From IMG/VR virus record IMGVR_UViG_3300026270_000015, positions 1 through 31,544 of that record: a stretch of 31,544 bases of DNA; one strand, given 5' to 3'. The notes beneath the pieces were generated by a model that worked only from the letters and a program-made list of their open reading frames with translations, was not told the origin of the DNA and did no database searches. How positions within the stretch are numbered: position 1 is the stretch's first letter; every line of letters begins with the position of its first letter. The translations under genes were made by a program, and so were the position numbers. Positions 30,699 through 31,544 of this stretch are shown here, piece by piece. Origin of the DNA: a virus. Lineage: Duplodnaviria > Caudoviricetes.

Positions 30699-30971
30699 CT
30701 ATTCAGAAATCTGACCATAAGTCGGTTCTGTTCCATCATTATCAGTTTTTTCGTAAAGATCACTTTGTTTCTTAGAGTCGCTCTTTTTAGGCGTCAAATC
30801 ATCATTAGCAATTTCACGAAGCATCTTTTGATGCTGATCATTAGCTAGATTGTCAAGAAAATCGTTCATTGTTTCACTCTCATAGTAGTCAGTTACGAGT
30901 CTTGTGGTGCCCCACATTTCTCTCATGTATCTAGTGTCTCTATCTACAGGTGAATTACCCATATCAATCAT
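30699..30971 (-). CDS. Conserved cyanophage hypothetical protein
   Basis: 87-90 aa; the VDRD..YM.EMWGT motif is recalled from cyanomyovirus ORFs upstream of gp25. The true start may be the ATG at 30962 (AAGGA upstream). Confidence 0.8.
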   Translation of the reverse strand: MIDMGNSPVDRDTRYMREMWGTTRLVTDYYESETMNDFLDNLANDQHQKMLREIANDDLTPKKSDSKKQSDLYEKTDNDGTEPTYGQISE

Positions 30972-30984
30972 CCTTTATTATTAA

Positions 30985-31464
30985 TTAGTATCCTGCTCTT
31001 ATACGTGGTCGAGGAGTTTGATTCTTCCTAAGAGCAGGATTTTTATGATATGCATTAGGTCCTGTTACTTGATCATATCCACCAGCACGTTGAGGAGTTG
31101 CTAAGATCAATGCTCCAGCAGCAAGTGCAGGTTTAACAAGAGGTCCTGCTTTGCTAGCAAGACCTCTCCAACTCAATGATGGTGCAACCAAACCAGCAGT
31201 ATCAAGTACAGCATTCGTTACTGGTTTATTACCTGTTGCTCTTTTAAGGGTATTAACAACTGGTTGTGCTATTTGATCTTTCGCGTAATACCTTCCCATA
31301 CCCGAAGCACTTTGACGTATGGATCGGAGTGGATTCTTTTTAAAATTTCTAAGTCCTTGTCCTACATCATTAATTCTATCTCTTGCAAAGTTGCCAACAT
31401 TAAATTCATTGATGGTTTCAGAATGTGTATATGCTTCTGACACAAACTGCGTATATGTTTTCAT
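30985..31464 (-). CDS. Basic hypothetical protein with a T4 capsid-targeting-like N-terminus (putative internal head protein)
   Basis: 159 aa beginning MKTYTQFVSE, compared with the T4 IPII/IPIII leader MKTYQEFIAE; has its own late-type promoter. Confidence 0.75.
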   Translation of the reverse strand: MKTYTQFVSEAYTHSETINEFNVGNFARDRINDVGQGLRNFKKNPLRSIRQSASGMGRYYAKDQIAQPVVNTLKRATGNKPVTNAVLDTAGLVAPSLSWRGLASKAGPLVKPALAAGALILATPQRAGGYDQVTGPNAYHKNPALRKNQTPRPRIRAGY

Positions 31465-31482
31465 TTGACTAATCTTTTTAGG

Positions 31483-31490
31483 TATTTATT
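31483..31490 (-). promoter_or_regulatory. Late promoter variant (AATAAATA)
   Basis: ATAAATA core lying immediately after the terminator U-tract, 18 nt upstream of the ATG at 31464. Confidence 0.7.
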
Positions 31491-31515
31491 AAAAAAGAGG
31501 GGTCGTGCCCCTCTT
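31491..31515 (-). terminator. Rho-independent terminator
   Basis: Minus strand AAGAGGGG-CACGA-CCCCTCTT-TTTT: perfect 8-bp stem, 5-nt loop, U-tract, 4 nt after a stop codon. Confidence 0.88.
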
Positions 31516-31519
31516 ACTA

Positions 31520-31544
31520 TTAACCTCTGCCTTGTCCGCGATAT
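31520..31544 (-). CDS. 3' end of a small basic conserved cyanophage ORF (...YRGQGRG*)
   Basis: Minus strand TAT CGC GGA CAA GGC AGA GGT TAA. A YRGQG ending is recalled for a small basic T4-like phage protein upstream of gp25; the terminator follows directly. Confidence 0.6.

Noticed and set aside
30808-30826. LREIAN hexapeptide shared by the 90-aa ORF and the ORF at 6173-6388
   Set aside because: Short match with different codons and no flanking similarity; probably chance.
1-31544. CRISPR arrays, tRNAs, introns/inteins, homing endonucleases, DGR or other mobile elements
   Set aside because: None recognised; intergenic gaps are all under about 60 nt and the ORFs are uninterrupted. Visual reading could miss diverged long-range repeats.

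Overview
The window is the late (virion morphogenesis) region of a T4-like cyanophage (cyanomyovirus), AT-rich, with all real genes tightly packed on the minus strand. Gene order in reading direction: 3' end of a small basic ORF, terminator, 159-aa protein with a T4 capsid-targeting-like N-terminus, 90-aa hypothetical, gp25, gp6, a giant gp7 (4318 aa), gp8, a VrlC/DUF4815-like structural protein (2469 aa), four small ORFs plus a 542-aa fibre-like protein, gp13, gp14, gp15, gp16, and the 5' part of a Cys/Lys-rich ORF. T4-type late promoters (TATAAATA) precede several units. The most notable observations are: (1) a 59-aa NblA-like ORF missed by the ORF track; (2) a short G-[IVLF]-x-[TS] motif scattered through outer virion proteins but scarce in core or non-virion ones, a possible modification sequon; (3) candidate prohead-protease-processed internal head proteins. 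All family calls come from remembered motifs and synteny; no database search was run.
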